64,000 bases of DNA from Promethearchaeota archaeon (lineage in GTDB: Archaea; Asgardarchaeota; Heimdallarchaeia; Hodarchaeales; Hodarchaeaceae), in the NCBI GenBank assembly GCA_048938105.1, contig JBHLMN010000013.1, forward strand, positions 64,001-128,000, read 5' to 3'. A program made the translations under genes and the position numbers. Within the stretch, counting starts at the first letter, position 1; every line of letters starts with the position of its first letter. Positions 20,261 to 30,796 of the stretch are shown piece after piece. Below the pieces are notes generated by a model. The model had not been told where the DNA came from, did not search any database, and worked only from the letters and a program-made list of their open reading frames with translations.

Positions 20261-21247
20261 ATGTTCCTATCTGATTCGACAACATGCTTAACTGGTATTG
20301 CCCTTAAAAGATCTCACTTTTCGATTTACGAAGATTTTTTAGAAGCAATCAGCTTTGCAGACCAATATCACAATTTTGTCTTTATTGATTATGAAGGGAT
20401 TCAGAATCTTCTTGATCCAACCCAATTAGAAACGATTATTGAACAGGTTCATCATAACTTGGTTTTCACTATTGCAGTTCGTGGTTGTGAATTCCATTTC
20501 CAGAGAAAGTTTCTACTTGAAAATTATATAAGGTTAACAAGGAAGTATTCCAATCTTCTTTTCTGTGTTGTTGCTGGTCATCCTGCTTATTCATCCATTG
20601 AAACTCGATTGCCTGTAATCAAGGCTTTCCATAATGTTTTCACCCGCATACGGAGTAAACAATCCTCTTTATTATTTTTAGGAATTGAAAATGTTACCTC
20701 AGACTTAGTTAATATACTAAAACAGGAATATTATCCAATAATGCCCCTCATACTTCACGGGGATCCTCGTGTAATTTGTACTACTAAAATTCTCCCTCCT
20801 TTTGCTGTTTACTCCCCATTAGCTCATTCTGTTCCTGATGAAGTGGCAATTAAATCACTACTAGGGTATTTACTACGTAGAAAAATAACTCAAGAAGCTC
20901 TTAAAAAGAAAGGATTTTGTTTTCTCACTCCTCCAATGAATAAACAGCTTTTCAATGAATTGATACCTGAAATTCAGTCTATTCTTTGGTCAAGCTTTGA
21001 TAGATTTGTGCTCACATCTCAAAACATTCGAAATCGAACAGAAACTTTCATTCAAAATGGAGTACAGCTAATAGTAGGAAATCCTGCAATTCCAGGGCAA
21101 TTATTTGAATTAATCAGAAGTTTCAAAACCATTATTGGGGAAAATTCTTCAGACTGGCTTGAAAGTAGTGAGATTTCTAATCCCTTGACTGGAGATAAAC
21201 CTCCTTTGAAAATAATGCATTCAACACAAAAACCGATAAATTTTTGA
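20261..21247 (+). CDS. Conserved archaeal hypothetical protein (possibly luciferase-like TIM barrel)
   Basis: IDYEG, VAGHPAY, AVYSP and GYLLRR resemble an uncharacterised euryarchaeal family (recalled, not searched). Confidence 0.5.
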   Translation: MFLSDSTTCLTGIALKRSHFSIYEDFLEAISFADQYHNFVFIDYEGIQNLLDPTQLETIIEQVHHNLVFTIAVRGCEFHFQRKFLLENYIRLTRKYSNLLFCVVAGHPAYSSIETRLPVIKAFHNVFTRIRSKQSSLLFLGIENVTSDLVNILKQEYYPIMPLILHGDPRVICTTKILPPFAVYSPLAHSVPDEVAIKSLLGYLLRRKITQEALKKKGFCFLTPPMNKQLFNELIPEIQSILWSSFDRFVLTSQNIRNRTETFIQNGVQLIVGNPAIPGQLFELIRSFKTIIGENSSDWLESSEISNPLTGDKPPLKIMHSTQKPINF

Positions 21248-21301
21248 TACAATTAATACATAATTTTCATTGCATTTGAACCTCCACATTGGGTTCTTAA
21301 G

Positions 21302-22078
21302 ATGAAATTTGAAGATGTAACTGCTTCCTTTGAAATGGGGAGTGGTCAAGTATACGTTTTACTCCTTCATGGCTACACAGGTAATCCCTATGAATTAAGC
21401 TTATTCGCAGAGTACCTAATTAATGAAGGCTTTCATGTAGTAGCCCCGTTATATCCTGGACACGCCAAAGATAAATTTAAACTAGCAAGAACCACTAAAA
21501 ATGACTGGATTGGTGCTGTGGAGAACGCTCTCAATGATATACGAAGTAAAGATCCTACACATATTTTTGTCAGCGGACTTTCAATGGGAGGCCTCCTAAC
21601 TCTTCATGTTGGTATTACTCAACCTGATATCACAGCAATTGCTCCAATTTGTGGCCCAGTGTTTTTGAAGAAGAGAATGTTAGTATTACTTCCGATTGTA
21701 AAGCGATTTATGACCTACTTTCCAATTATTGAAAAAGTAGATGCTCAAGATCCTGCTGTAAAGGCTGATCCAATTTTTCAAGAGAACATGAAGAGATATG
21801 ATAAGACTGTGGTATCAACAGTAATTGATTTGCTATCTCTTATGAAAGAGGCCAAAGAGAACTTGGATCAAATTAAACAACCAATAATGATAGTTCAAGC
21901 TAAAAAGGATAAAACTGTACATCCTAGTAATGCCACATATATTCTAGATCATGTGAATACAGAGTCATCAAAAAAACAAATTTTGTGGCTTGAGAATTCT
22001 GGTCATGTAGCCACATTGGATTATGATAGAAATTTACTCTTTTCAAAGGTTTCCCAGTTCTTTAAAGAAAACCTGTAA
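21302..22078 (+). CDS. Carboxylesterase/monoacylglycerol lipase (alpha/beta hydrolase)
   Basis: LLLHGYTG, GLSMGG nucleophile elbow, D..V and SGH. Confidence 0.9.
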   Translation: MKFEDVTASFEMGSGQVYVLLLHGYTGNPYELSLFAEYLINEGFHVVAPLYPGHAKDKFKLARTTKNDWIGAVENALNDIRSKDPTHIFVSGLSMGGLLTLHVGITQPDITAIAPICGPVFLKKRMLVLLPIVKRFMTYFPIIEKVDAQDPAVKADPIFQENMKRYDKTVVSTVIDLLSLMKEAKENLDQIKQPIMIVQAKKDKTVHPSNATYILDHVNTESSKKQILWLENSGHVATLDYDRNLLFSKVSQFFKENL

Positions 22079-22106
22079 GCAATAATAATGAAAATCTATT
22101 TTTAGA

Positions 22107-22964
22107 ATGAGGAGTTTTCCGAAGATGGTTAACAAAAAAACAATCGTAATAGTTTATCCACATCCAGATGACGGGGAATTCATGGCAGGGGGTTCATTGG
22201 CTAAATGGGCTAAGGAAGGTCATCAAGTATATGCGATTTGTGCAACAAATGGTGATTTAGGAGCAAAGATAACAGATATTACTCCTGATGAATTAGCAAA
22301 AACTCGAAAAAAGGAACTAGCAAATGCAATGAAAACTCTTGGAGGTAATCCACCCATTTTCCTTGACTTTCCTGATGGTTTCGTGCGAGATCATATCAGA
22401 GAGTTAAAAGAACGTCTTGTTTACTGGTTTAGAAAGCTCAGACCTCATCGTGTAATAACTTGGGATCCTTGGAAAAAGTATCAAATACATCCTGATCATA
22501 TAGAGGTGGGACGGATCGCATCCGAAGCAGCTGCTTTCTCTTGTTTTCCTTTGATGTATCCTGAACATGTGGAAGAGGGATTACAACCTTATCAACCAGA
22601 AGAAGTTTGGTATATGATTCCAATGGAACATAAACCAAATCGGCTTGTAGATATCACTAATTATATAGACAAAAAGATGGAAGCGCTTTTCTGCCATCAA
22701 TCACAATTAGAAATGATGGCAGACCTGCTTGTTTCTGGAGCTGACCCTGCTAATCTAACAGAAGATCAAAAGGCCAAGCTTCAAGAAGGAGCTAACACCA
22801 TGGTGAGGATGGTTGCACAAGCGTTTGGATCTTTGTCTGGAGGGAAAATAGAACTAGCCGAAGCTTATTATTCCATTAAATTGGGCCCTGGTATGTTTGA
22901 TAATTACCAGGAAATGATTCAAGAAATTATAGGCATGGAATCTGATTCTTTAGAGATTCTATAA
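22107..22964 (+). CDS. PIG-L/LmbE-family deacetylase
   Basis: PHPDD, TNGD, HPDH and HQSQ motifs. Confidence 0.9.
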   Translation: MRSFPKMVNKKTIVIVYPHPDDGEFMAGGSLAKWAKEGHQVYAICATNGDLGAKITDITPDELAKTRKKELANAMKTLGGNPPIFLDFPDGFVRDHIRELKERLVYWFRKLRPHRVITWDPWKKYQIHPDHIEVGRIASEAAAFSCFPLMYPEHVEEGLQPYQPEEVWYMIPMEHKPNRLVDITNYIDKKMEALFCHQSQLEMMADLLVSGADPANLTEDQKAKLQEGANTMVRMVAQAFGSLSGGKIELAEAYYSIKLGPGMFDNYQEMIQEIIGMESDSLEIL

Positions 22965-23081
22965 ATTCATTTGAGATCTTTTGTGTCTTCTTCTACTTTT
23001 CATCGGAATTAGTAATATCTTGATAATATTTCAATTTTAGAACTTAACTGAACTAGCTTCAAGAAAAGCTAGGGATATAAG

Positions 23082-23330
23082 GTGTCTCACCCAAATCAAA
23101 CTATGGTTATTCAAAATTATCGTGTCAGGAATTTTACAGACCAAAATGTCGAAGAAGAGGAGTTGACCTGCCTAATTCATTTTCTTTCTTCTCTAGATAT
23201 ATGTAAAACGTGTGTTAGAGAGATCCCAAAAATCCAATCAGCTTTTGGATCCGATCTCGACTATCAGATCGATTTTGAATCTCATACTTTAGATATTCAT
23301 TATAAAAAGAACATTGTATCTGGTTGGTAA
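23082..23330 (+). CDS. Small hypothetical protein
   Basis: 82-aa ORF filling the intergenic gap; GTG start. Confidence 0.45.
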   Translation: MSHPNQTMVIQNYRVRNFTDQNVEEEELTCLIHFLSSLDICKTCVREIPKIQSAFGSDLDYQIDFESHTLDIHYKKNIVSGW

Positions 23331-23358
23331 TAAGAAAGGACATCCTCACTTTTTTTGA

Positions 23359-24165
23359 CTATCCACCTACTGATTCAAATTTGGTTATTGCTCGAGTCCA
23401 AAAGAGCTTCGATAACAGACCAAAAACCCCGATCCAGAAAATTCCATAAACAATTGCTAGAAAAAGCTCGTTAGGGGTTATTCGTCCCAATATCCAAGCA
23501 GAAGGGATGTAATTTATTAGATAAAAAGGTAGAATATAAGCAACTTCACGTATGACAGGTGGAAGAATATCTACTGGGATTAATTCTCCTCCAACGACTT
23601 GCATGATCGCTAAAAACAAGGCCCGAGTCGGCCAGATATATCTGATATAAAAAGTTGTTAAACCAACGAGGATAAAACAGAAATAACTGAGTATATAGCT
23701 TATAACTAAACAAATCATGAAACCAAAGAGAATAAAGGCATTTAATTTGATTGGAATTTGCATAACATTAATTAAAAGGATAACAACTGGTAAAGAAAGA
23801 CTAAAACTTATCAATGAAAATGGTATTGTTTCCGCGAGGCTAAATGCTAAATAATCAATTGGTCGACAAAGGTAGATTGTTAATGTACCATTAAGGTTGT
23901 CATTCTGTAAGCGCCATGCGACTCTATACAGAAACAATGATTCAGAAATTAATGTGGAAAATAATGCATATCCTAAGATTGCAGATAAAGAATACCCAAA
24001 CTCTGATTCTGCTAAAGGATTTTGGTAAATAATTGTCCATATGAAGAAAAGCAAGATAAAATGAACAGGAGTCCAGATTAAGACTCCGATAAATTCCCCC
24101 ATATACGCTTTCATGTCAACAAAAGTAGTTCTGATAATTCCCGTATATTTCCTGAGATGAAACAT
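23359..24165 (-). CDS. ABC-2 type transporter permease
   Basis: About 6 TM segments; GTLTIYLCRP; in an operon with an ABC ATPase. Confidence 0.85.
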   Translation of the reverse strand: MFHLRKYTGIIRTTFVDMKAYMGEFIGVLIWTPVHFILLFFIWTIIYQNPLAESEFGYSLSAILGYALFSTLISESLFLYRVAWRLQNDNLNGTLTIYLCRPIDYLAFSLAETIPFSLISFSLSLPVVILLINVMQIPIKLNAFILFGFMICLVISYILSYFCFILVGLTTFYIRYIWPTRALFLAIMQVVGGELIPVDILPPVIREVAYILPFYLINYIPSAWILGRITPNELFLAIVYGIFWIGVFGLLSKLFWTRAITKFESVGG

Positions 24166-24180
24166 TTGATATTCACTCCA

Positions 24181-24984
24181 TCAGTTACTTGCACTCTCAT
24201 ATCGCTTTACTCCACGTCTCCAAACAGCCAAGAACATCACTAACCAGAATAAAAAAAGAGGAATTATAAGGAATAATATGATAACTGCCTCAGATATCTC
24301 GATACGGTTTAACAATATTTCTGCGGGGAATGCGCTGATAAAAGCGACAGGATATCCAAAGATCAGGATTCCTTTTAAACCTCCTGGTAGTGCTGTGGCA
24401 GGAATTCGCACAAAATTGTCTTCAAGAGAGTCAAACGCTTCTTGGATAAATTCAGCTCGACCAATTGTAAAACCAAGAAATGACGAGACTGTACCATAAA
24501 TAATGTATAGAGTAGTCATTCCAAGGATCAAAACTAGGAATGCCAGTAAAATATTCAGCAATTCATATTCTATACGATAAAAAGAACTTACAATGACAAG
24601 TAATACTGTTGAAACAACGAAAAAAGCTCCTCCTCCAACCCACACCTCTTCAAATAGAATTCCAAGTAAAGGATGACGAAGTGGTCTACAGAGCCACCTT
24701 TCAATTTCTCCCTCTATGATCTTGAATGGAAGCATCCAGACTCCAGTAAATAAAAATGAAGCTATTCCCCAACAAAGATACCCTAATGCTGAAAAAATCA
24801 ATATTTCATGTAAAGCCCAATTGCTAAACTCTTGGCCAGTAAGTACAACTTGCCAGAAAATGTAAAACGACAGGATTGTCACTGTTGCTTCAATAAATCC
24901 TCCTAAAATGATGGAAGGATACTGAAAAATCAGTTTATAAGACATAATAATAAATCGAGTTTGAATTCGAAAAATCTTCAGCAT
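24181..24984 (-). CDS. ABC-2 type transporter permease
   Basis: About 6 TM segments; GEIERWLCRP. Confidence 0.85.
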   Translation of the reverse strand: MLKIFRIQTRFIIMSYKLIFQYPSIILGGFIEATVTILSFYIFWQVVLTGQEFSNWALHEILIFSALGYLCWGIASFLFTGVWMLPFKIIEGEIERWLCRPLRHPLLGILFEEVWVGGGAFFVVSTVLLVIVSSFYRIEYELLNILLAFLVLILGMTTLYIIYGTVSSFLGFTIGRAEFIQEAFDSLEDNFVRIPATALPGGLKGILIFGYPVAFISAFPAEILLNRIEISEAVIILFLIIPLFLFWLVMFLAVWRRGVKRYESASN

Positions 24985-26045
24985 TATATGTCGCCTTTCT
25001 TTGCTCCATTAGTATAGAGTTCCTCGATAATATCCTCGAGGTCTGCATCTGAAATCTGAATGTCAAGAACTCGATCTACCATTTGCAATAGATTTTGAAT
25101 GAGAAAATCAAGATCAATAGCATCAGCGTTGTATTCAATTTTAATAGAGTTATCGTTCCCATTGAGAGTTTTTAGCGATTCTCCATCCTGATTGGTAATT
25201 TTAACATTTTCTTGTGCTGATAATCTCTGAAGAAAATGGATTAAGGTTACTATTGGTTTTTTTTCTGTTCTGAAAGTAAAATCTAATCTTTTCTCTTTTC
25301 GTAATAGACTCGCCAATTCCTTAGTAAGACCATCGTAATGAATTTTCCCCTTTAAAAGTAATATCGCCCTATCACAAATTTGTTCGATATCTTTTACATT
25401 GTGAGAGCATAGGATAACCGTGGTACCGTCCTCTTGATTACGCTCATTGATAAATTTTCGAATACGACGAGCAGCTACGATATCCAAACCAATTGTAGGT
25501 TCATCTAGAAAAACAACTGGAGGATTGTGAATGAGTGAAGCAGCAAGTTCACATCTCATACGTTCTCCTAGTGATAATCGACGGGGTTGTCGGTGTAGAA
25601 ATGGTTTGATTTCTAGAACAGAAATAAAATCAGCTAGTCTCTGCTTAAATGTCTGACTATCAAGTTCGTACACATCTCGGTATAATCGTAGTGATTCAAT
25701 GACAGGGATGTGCCTCCATAATAAGGATCTATGTCCAAATACGACCCCAAACTGATAAGCTGCATTGTATCGTTGTTTCTGTGGATCGTAACCATTTACA
25801 ATTGCTTTTCCATTGTCGAATTGAATGATTCCTGTTAGAATTTTAATTATAGTGCTTTTCCCTGCCCCATTAGGTCCAAGAATAGTTAATTTCTCACCAG
25901 GAGAAACACTAAAGGATACATTGTCGAGAGCTTTGACTGTCTGATAGTCACGTTTGATAAACGATCGAACCCGGGAAGCAAACGACGTTTGTTCCGCGGA
26001 TAATCGCTGGTAGGTCTTTTCTAGTTGATAAGCCTCGACTGACAA
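24984..26045 (-). CDS. ABC transporter ATP-binding protein (COG4586-like)
   Basis: GPNGAGKS, LSLGERMR, FLDEPTIGLD and SH motifs. Confidence 0.92.
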   Translation of the reverse strand: MSVEAYQLEKTYQRLSAEQTSFASRVRSFIKRDYQTVKALDNVSFSVSPGEKLTILGPNGAGKSTIIKILTGIIQFDNGKAIVNGYDPQKQRYNAAYQFGVVFGHRSLLWRHIPVIESLRLYRDVYELDSQTFKQRLADFISVLEIKPFLHRQPRRLSLGERMRCELAASLIHNPPVVFLDEPTIGLDIVAARRIRKFINERNQEDGTTVILCSHNVKDIEQICDRAILLLKGKIHYDGLTKELASLLRKEKRLDFTFRTEKKPIVTLIHFLQRLSAQENVKITNQDGESLKTLNGNDNSIKIEYNADAIDLDFLIQNLLQMVDRVLDIQISDADLEDIIEELYTNGAKKGDI

Positions 26046-26157
26046 TAATAATCCCTGCTATAAGTAACAAGTTTAGTCATTTCTTATGGAAAATCATTGA
26101 CTTATTAATAATCATTGAATTTGGCAATGGATTAAAAAATAGGTTTGGAAGTAGAAA

Positions 26158-26871
26158 TTGGGATCGATGCCACGAGAAAAAATAGTACAACATGTTGGGC
26201 GAGAATTTCATCGCTATACTGAAGATGAGTGGATCCTTTTCAAAGAATTACGCAAAAGAACCATAGATATTTTAGAAATTTTGGAAAGTACGGGAATCAA
26301 AGCATTCGTACATGGTTCAGTAGCGAGAGGAGATATTAATGATGCCTCAGATATCGATATTTATATTCCTGTTCAAATCCCTTCTTTTAAATTAGATCTA
26401 ATTGATCAGTTCCACTTTACAGACCGTCAAATAATGATGGGTACTCCAAATTCCACCATTCGTGCTGTTTTATCTTTGCAAGATGATATAGCTATCAGTT
26501 TTCCATTAAGTAACCCTGTTGAAAGAGAAAATGAGTTTTATCGTTTTTCTGGGTTTCTCTATCGCGAAGATCTTCTTATGGAACGAAGAATAGCAGGAGT
26601 AACTAAACAACTGTTACTCATTGAGCCGGAGGAGGAAGGTTATTGGTATTCATCAATTATTATGAAAAAGAATAGAGCGATCCAAATTTTAGCTCTCTCT
26701 CAACGTATGATTGATGAGAGAATACGCGTACTCTCACGAAGAGATAAAATTGGAAGAACTGGTTTGTTTTTAGACTATTCTCTAACTCCTGATGAGAACT
26801 TCGAGTCCGCCCTCAAAAATTTAGCTGATAGAAATGTAATAGTCCGAAGAATGTTGAAACGGAGATCGTGA
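26158..26871 (+). CDS. Archaeal predicted nucleotidyltransferase (Pol-beta superfamily, COG2413-like)
   Basis: HGSVARGD..SDID; ER..RRDKIGRTG. Confidence 0.8.
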   Translation: MGSMPREKIVQHVGREFHRYTEDEWILFKELRKRTIDILEILESTGIKAFVHGSVARGDINDASDIDIYIPVQIPSFKLDLIDQFHFTDRQIMMGTPNSTIRAVLSLQDDIAISFPLSNPVERENEFYRFSGFLYREDLLMERRIAGVTKQLLLIEPEEEGYWYSSIIMKKNRAIQILALSQRMIDERIRVLSRRDKIGRTGLFLDYSLTPDENFESALKNLADRNVIVRRMLKRRS

Positions 26872-26884
26872 CAAGGGGTAAAAC

Positions 26885-27721
26885 ATGTTTAAAGAAGAAG
26901 AAATAGATAGGCGTTATTTATTACGTAGGTACAATAACTCCAAGATACTTTTAGTTGCTGATCTTCATTTAGGGTTTGAAGCTGAATGGTCACGTAAAGG
27001 ATTAGAGATGAGAGACCCAAATTGGTCAATCGAGGTTATTAATCGTTTAAAAAAAGATATTGAAGATACAACCCCAGATCATCTGATTATACTAGGGGAC
27101 ATTGAACATAGTTTTGCACACTTCAAAGGGTGGAAAACCGATCAGAATGGAATATGGGTTTCAAATAGATGGCTGAGAGAGAAAGCTTTATCATATTTTG
27201 TGGAACAAATTGTTAAGATTAATGGGTTAAAAACCATTTTAATCCGAGGAAATCAAGACACTTCTATTGTAAAATCTTTATCTCAACAAGTTACTATTTA
27301 CCCCGAAAAAGAAGCTTCTCTATTTAGTCAACTAGGTGTTTTCCATGGTCATACAAAACCAAGTGAAACTGTGTTATTTTCTTCAGAAATAATGCTAGGT
27401 CATGTTCATCCTGCAATTGAGCTTGTTGATGAATTAAAAATACACCATAAGTTTCCTGTCTTTGCAAAGCTTACCATCACTCGTGAGGAAATATTCCGTC
27501 TCTTTGATTTTCAATTTGAACTCGAAGAGATTAATTCGATCGAGCAAGTTCCAATCACTATTCTCCCTGCTTATAATTTCTATTTGAATGGTTTCACCCT
27601 AAATCAACCCCATAGGAAAAAAACATTCCCTGTATTGTGGAATTTAATACAACACCCTAAATTAAGGATTCAATTAACTAATGGAATTGATCTAGGTAAA
27701 TTAGAGGATTTGACTCTATGA
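26885..27721 (+). CDS. Lhr-associated metallophosphoesterase (COG1407-like)
   Basis: DLHLG, GD, GNQD, HGH and GHVHP; adjacent to lhr. Confidence 0.8.
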   Translation: MFKEEEIDRRYLLRRYNNSKILLVADLHLGFEAEWSRKGLEMRDPNWSIEVINRLKKDIEDTTPDHLIILGDIEHSFAHFKGWKTDQNGIWVSNRWLREKALSYFVEQIVKINGLKTILIRGNQDTSIVKSLSQQVTIYPEKEASLFSQLGVFHGHTKPSETVLFSSEIMLGHVHPAIELVDELKIHHKFPVFAKLTITREEIFRLFDFQFELEEINSIEQVPITILPAYNFYLNGFTLNQPHRKKTFPVLWNLIQHPKLRIQLTNGIDLGKLEDLTL

Positions 27722-27736
27722 ATGTATTGATTCTTT

Positions 27737-30556
27737 TTAATCCCAATATTCTCGTGTACGAGCAAAATTAGCCTCATGTTTGTAAATTAATGCAAGGAGA
27801 TCCTCGTTATCTTTCTGAGGTGACCTAAGAATTCTAATTGCAGTAGTCGGGCCAATTCCACGTCCAGCTAGGACGAATGCGGCCTTTTTGCCAAAAGATA
27901 ATATCAAATCAGCCGATTTTTTTGCAGTGTTGAGTTCTTTTTTTTCCTCCCGCGATAATTTTCTCTCTTTTGATACAGATTTCTTTAATAAACCCTTTAT
28001 CCCTGTTTTATTCTGATGTACGACGGCAATGAAGCGAGAATTGCATTTAGGACATTGAATATCTTCCCCTAAACTCTCTACACGTTGAACTTTTTCAAAT
28101 TTACAATCGAGCCTCATACATACGAGTCTTATCCAGGTATTTCTAATTCTTTTTTCTACTTTTTCTAAAATGATGTGTGAGGGTCTTAATTTAAGAACAT
28201 TCAGGGAAATTGGTTGAGTCGCTGCAAATGAAAGTGGAGTTACAAATCGCTTTACAGTAATTTCTTCAATCTTCAGTGTTCCCCTATAAATACGTTCAAA
28301 GAAATCAACAACTGCTTTTATATCCATTTTTTCATAGATAATTTCATTAATTGTTTCTTCACCAATAATTGTATCTTTGTAGCGAGAAACAATCAATCTA
28401 GTCATCATTGGGGAACTTTCCATATCTTCTGAAACTACTCCAAATCTTTTGGCCACCTGACGGATTCTCCATCCAAACAAGTCGCTAGTACTAATTCGAT
28501 GTTTCAACAAAGGTGGGATGTGTTCAGGTTTGATAGTTTTGAGAATGGATTTCAGGTTCGTTGGTCTTGGTAATGAAAGAAAGATTGAATAAGGATCTGA
28601 ACGAAATTCAATAGAATAACCATGTTTAGCTCCAACTAGTGAAGAAACTAATAGCCCTAAGGTTTCATTGCCTTTTGATCCTAGGAAACTGTGAAGGACT
28701 TTTTGTCTTCCTGCTGACTCAATGAGAATCTTATTCTTCCTTGGAACAACTCCAAGGTTTTTGTGTTCATTAATAAAAGCTAACAATTCATCTCGGACTG
28801 GTGATGGTTTCATTTCATTTAGAAGATTGTTCTCGAATAATTCTTTTGCTGCCTCTGTCACCATCTGAGATACAGGTATTAATTCTCCCTCCCATGTGGG
28901 TATAGCTGCCTCTGTTAATCCCTTTACCTGACGAACTTCAATTCGATCTTCTTTTTGAGCTAGAAATTCCCAAGGAAGACCATTCAAGATGAAAATGGCC
29001 CCTTTTTCCCCTCTAGTTGAAACAAAAGCTTCGTCCAATTGTCCTACTCTGCGTTGTCTTCCTATATCAATAACGCTATAATTTCTTTTAGTTGGAATGC
29101 TACTGAGATTTGAATAATAATATTTGAAAGCTTTTCTTTTAGCTCTCAGAGAAATAATTCCTGAATTTGGCTCTTTGTTAATGTAGAAGAAATAATTTTC
29201 TTTGCCATATTCTAATAATGGTAAAAGATCCTGAGGAGTGAAATTCTTATATGGGTATGTATTTTTAATTATTTTCATTATTGTCTGTATTTTTGTTTCT
29301 CCAAAATCAAGTAAAATTCCTATTATACTATGAAAAAGAATATCAAAAGCAAATGAATGGATTGATGTTGGTTCAACTTCCTCCTTAGAAACACATTGCT
29401 TTATTGTAAAAGACTCTAAAAGATCTCGTGGTGTTTCTGTTATTATAATACCCTGACTAACACGATCTAATCCATGACCCGAGCGGCCTACTCTTTGAAT
29501 GAGAGTTTCTATTCTTCTTGGACTCATATACTGGATTACTAAGCTCACAGCACCAATATCTATTCCTAATTCGAGGGAAGAAGTAGCAATAATTAATTGT
29601 AAGTTTCCCTCTCTAACCTCTGTCTCTGCTTGCAATCGAGATTGTGCTGATAAACTGGAATGGTGAACTTCGAAGTTTATTCGCTCATTAATGTCAATAT
29701 TTTCGTTATAACGGTTAAACCGATAACCAAGAATTTCTGCTTGTTGTCTTGTATTAGTAAAAAGTAAGACTGTTCCAAACTCTTGCTTAATGATTTCAAC
29801 TATCCGAAAAAATCTTGCTGCTGCCTCTTCTGTAGTTTGTAATATTTTGGTGTATTCCTGAAGATTTGGAGATAATTGAGTTGGATATTCAATTGTAAGT
29901 TGTAGTTGTTTTAAAGAGGGGATTTCAACAACTTTATAATTAGTACTTTTTGGTGCAAGAAAAGTCATCACTTTATCAGGGTTTCCCAAAGTTGCGGAGA
30001 GCCCTATTCGCTGAACTTTTCTACCTGTGCGCATAGAGAGACGTTCTAAAGCAATAGAAAGTTGTAATCCTCGTTTCGTTTCAACTAATTCGTGGATTTC
30101 ATCAACAACCACTGTTTGAACATTCTTAAGCCATTCTCGCCCTAGGATTTTGGCTGGTAATAAAGCCTGAAATAATTCAGGAGTAGTGATTAAAATTTGT
30201 GGAGGATCTTTGGTTTGTCTTCTTCTTTCAGCATTGGTTGTGTCTCCATGACGAACTGCAATTGATACTCCTAGTTTTTCTCCTAATGATGGTAATACTC
30301 TTCGAAAAATATCCCGATTGAGGGCCTTAAGTGGTGTTATCACCACAGTTGCGATTGGGGTTGATTTTCCAGAAATAATTCGATGAAGACAAGCGATAAT
30401 TGTCCCAAAGGTCTTTCCAGAGCCAGTACTAGCGACAACCAAGACATCTTTTTTAGCAATGATAGCTTCAAGATATTCTAATTGTCCAGGCGTTGGAGAA
30501 AGCCCTAACTCTTCTAAAAGCTTTTGGATTTGAGGATTCAAAATTTCGAATGACAC
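27737..30556 (-). CDS. lhr: Lhr-family ATP-dependent helicase with C-terminal Zn finger
   Basis: TGSGKT, DEIH, LSAT, SSLELGID, QRVGRSGH, IPTWEGE and C-terminal CPKC. Confidence 0.92.
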   Translation of the reverse strand: MSFEILNPQIQKLLEELGLSPTPGQLEYLEAIIAKKDVLVVASTGSGKTFGTIIACLHRIISGKSTPIATVVITPLKALNRDIFRRVLPSLGEKLGVSIAVRHGDTTNAERRRQTKDPPQILITTPELFQALLPAKILGREWLKNVQTVVVDEIHELVETKRGLQLSIALERLSMRTGRKVQRIGLSATLGNPDKVMTFLAPKSTNYKVVEIPSLKQLQLTIEYPTQLSPNLQEYTKILQTTEEAAARFFRIVEIIKQEFGTVLLFTNTRQQAEILGYRFNRYNENIDINERINFEVHHSSLSAQSRLQAETEVREGNLQLIIATSSLELGIDIGAVSLVIQYMSPRRIETLIQRVGRSGHGLDRVSQGIIITETPRDLLESFTIKQCVSKEEVEPTSIHSFAFDILFHSIIGILLDFGETKIQTIMKIIKNTYPYKNFTPQDLLPLLEYGKENYFFYINKEPNSGIISLRAKRKAFKYYYSNLSSIPTKRNYSVIDIGRQRRVGQLDEAFVSTRGEKGAIFILNGLPWEFLAQKEDRIEVRQVKGLTEAAIPTWEGELIPVSQMVTEAAKELFENNLLNEMKPSPVRDELLAFINEHKNLGVVPRKNKILIESAGRQKVLHSFLGSKGNETLGLLVSSLVGAKHGYSIEFRSDPYSIFLSLPRPTNLKSILKTIKPEHIPPLLKHRISTSDLFGWRIRQVAKRFGVVSEDMESSPMMTRLIVSRYKDTIIGEETINEIIYEKMDIKAVVDFFERIYRGTLKIEEITVKRFVTPLSFAATQPISLNVLKLRPSHIILEKVEKRIRNTWIRLVCMRLDCKFEKVQRVESLGEDIQCPKCNSRFIAVVHQNKTGIKGLLKKSVSKERKLSREEKKELNTAKKSADLILSFGKKAAFVLAGRGIGPTTAIRILRSPQKDNEDLLALIYKHEANFARTREYWD

Positions 30557-30796
30557 GAATCAATATCTTCCATTTGTATTAAGATCAGAAAGAAACTGCC
30601 GGAAAAGCAGTCAATTAAATCTTATTTTAACAAAATAGAAGGACGATATACAATTCTTTCTAAGATGGCAACAGATAACAAGGTCATTGGTGATGAAGTT
30701 TTGTATTGATCACTGTCCATTCTTACATTCATTTTCTTGAAGAAAATTAATTTGCCTCCTAGTTTCCATTAAAAGCGACAATATTTTCATGAAAAA

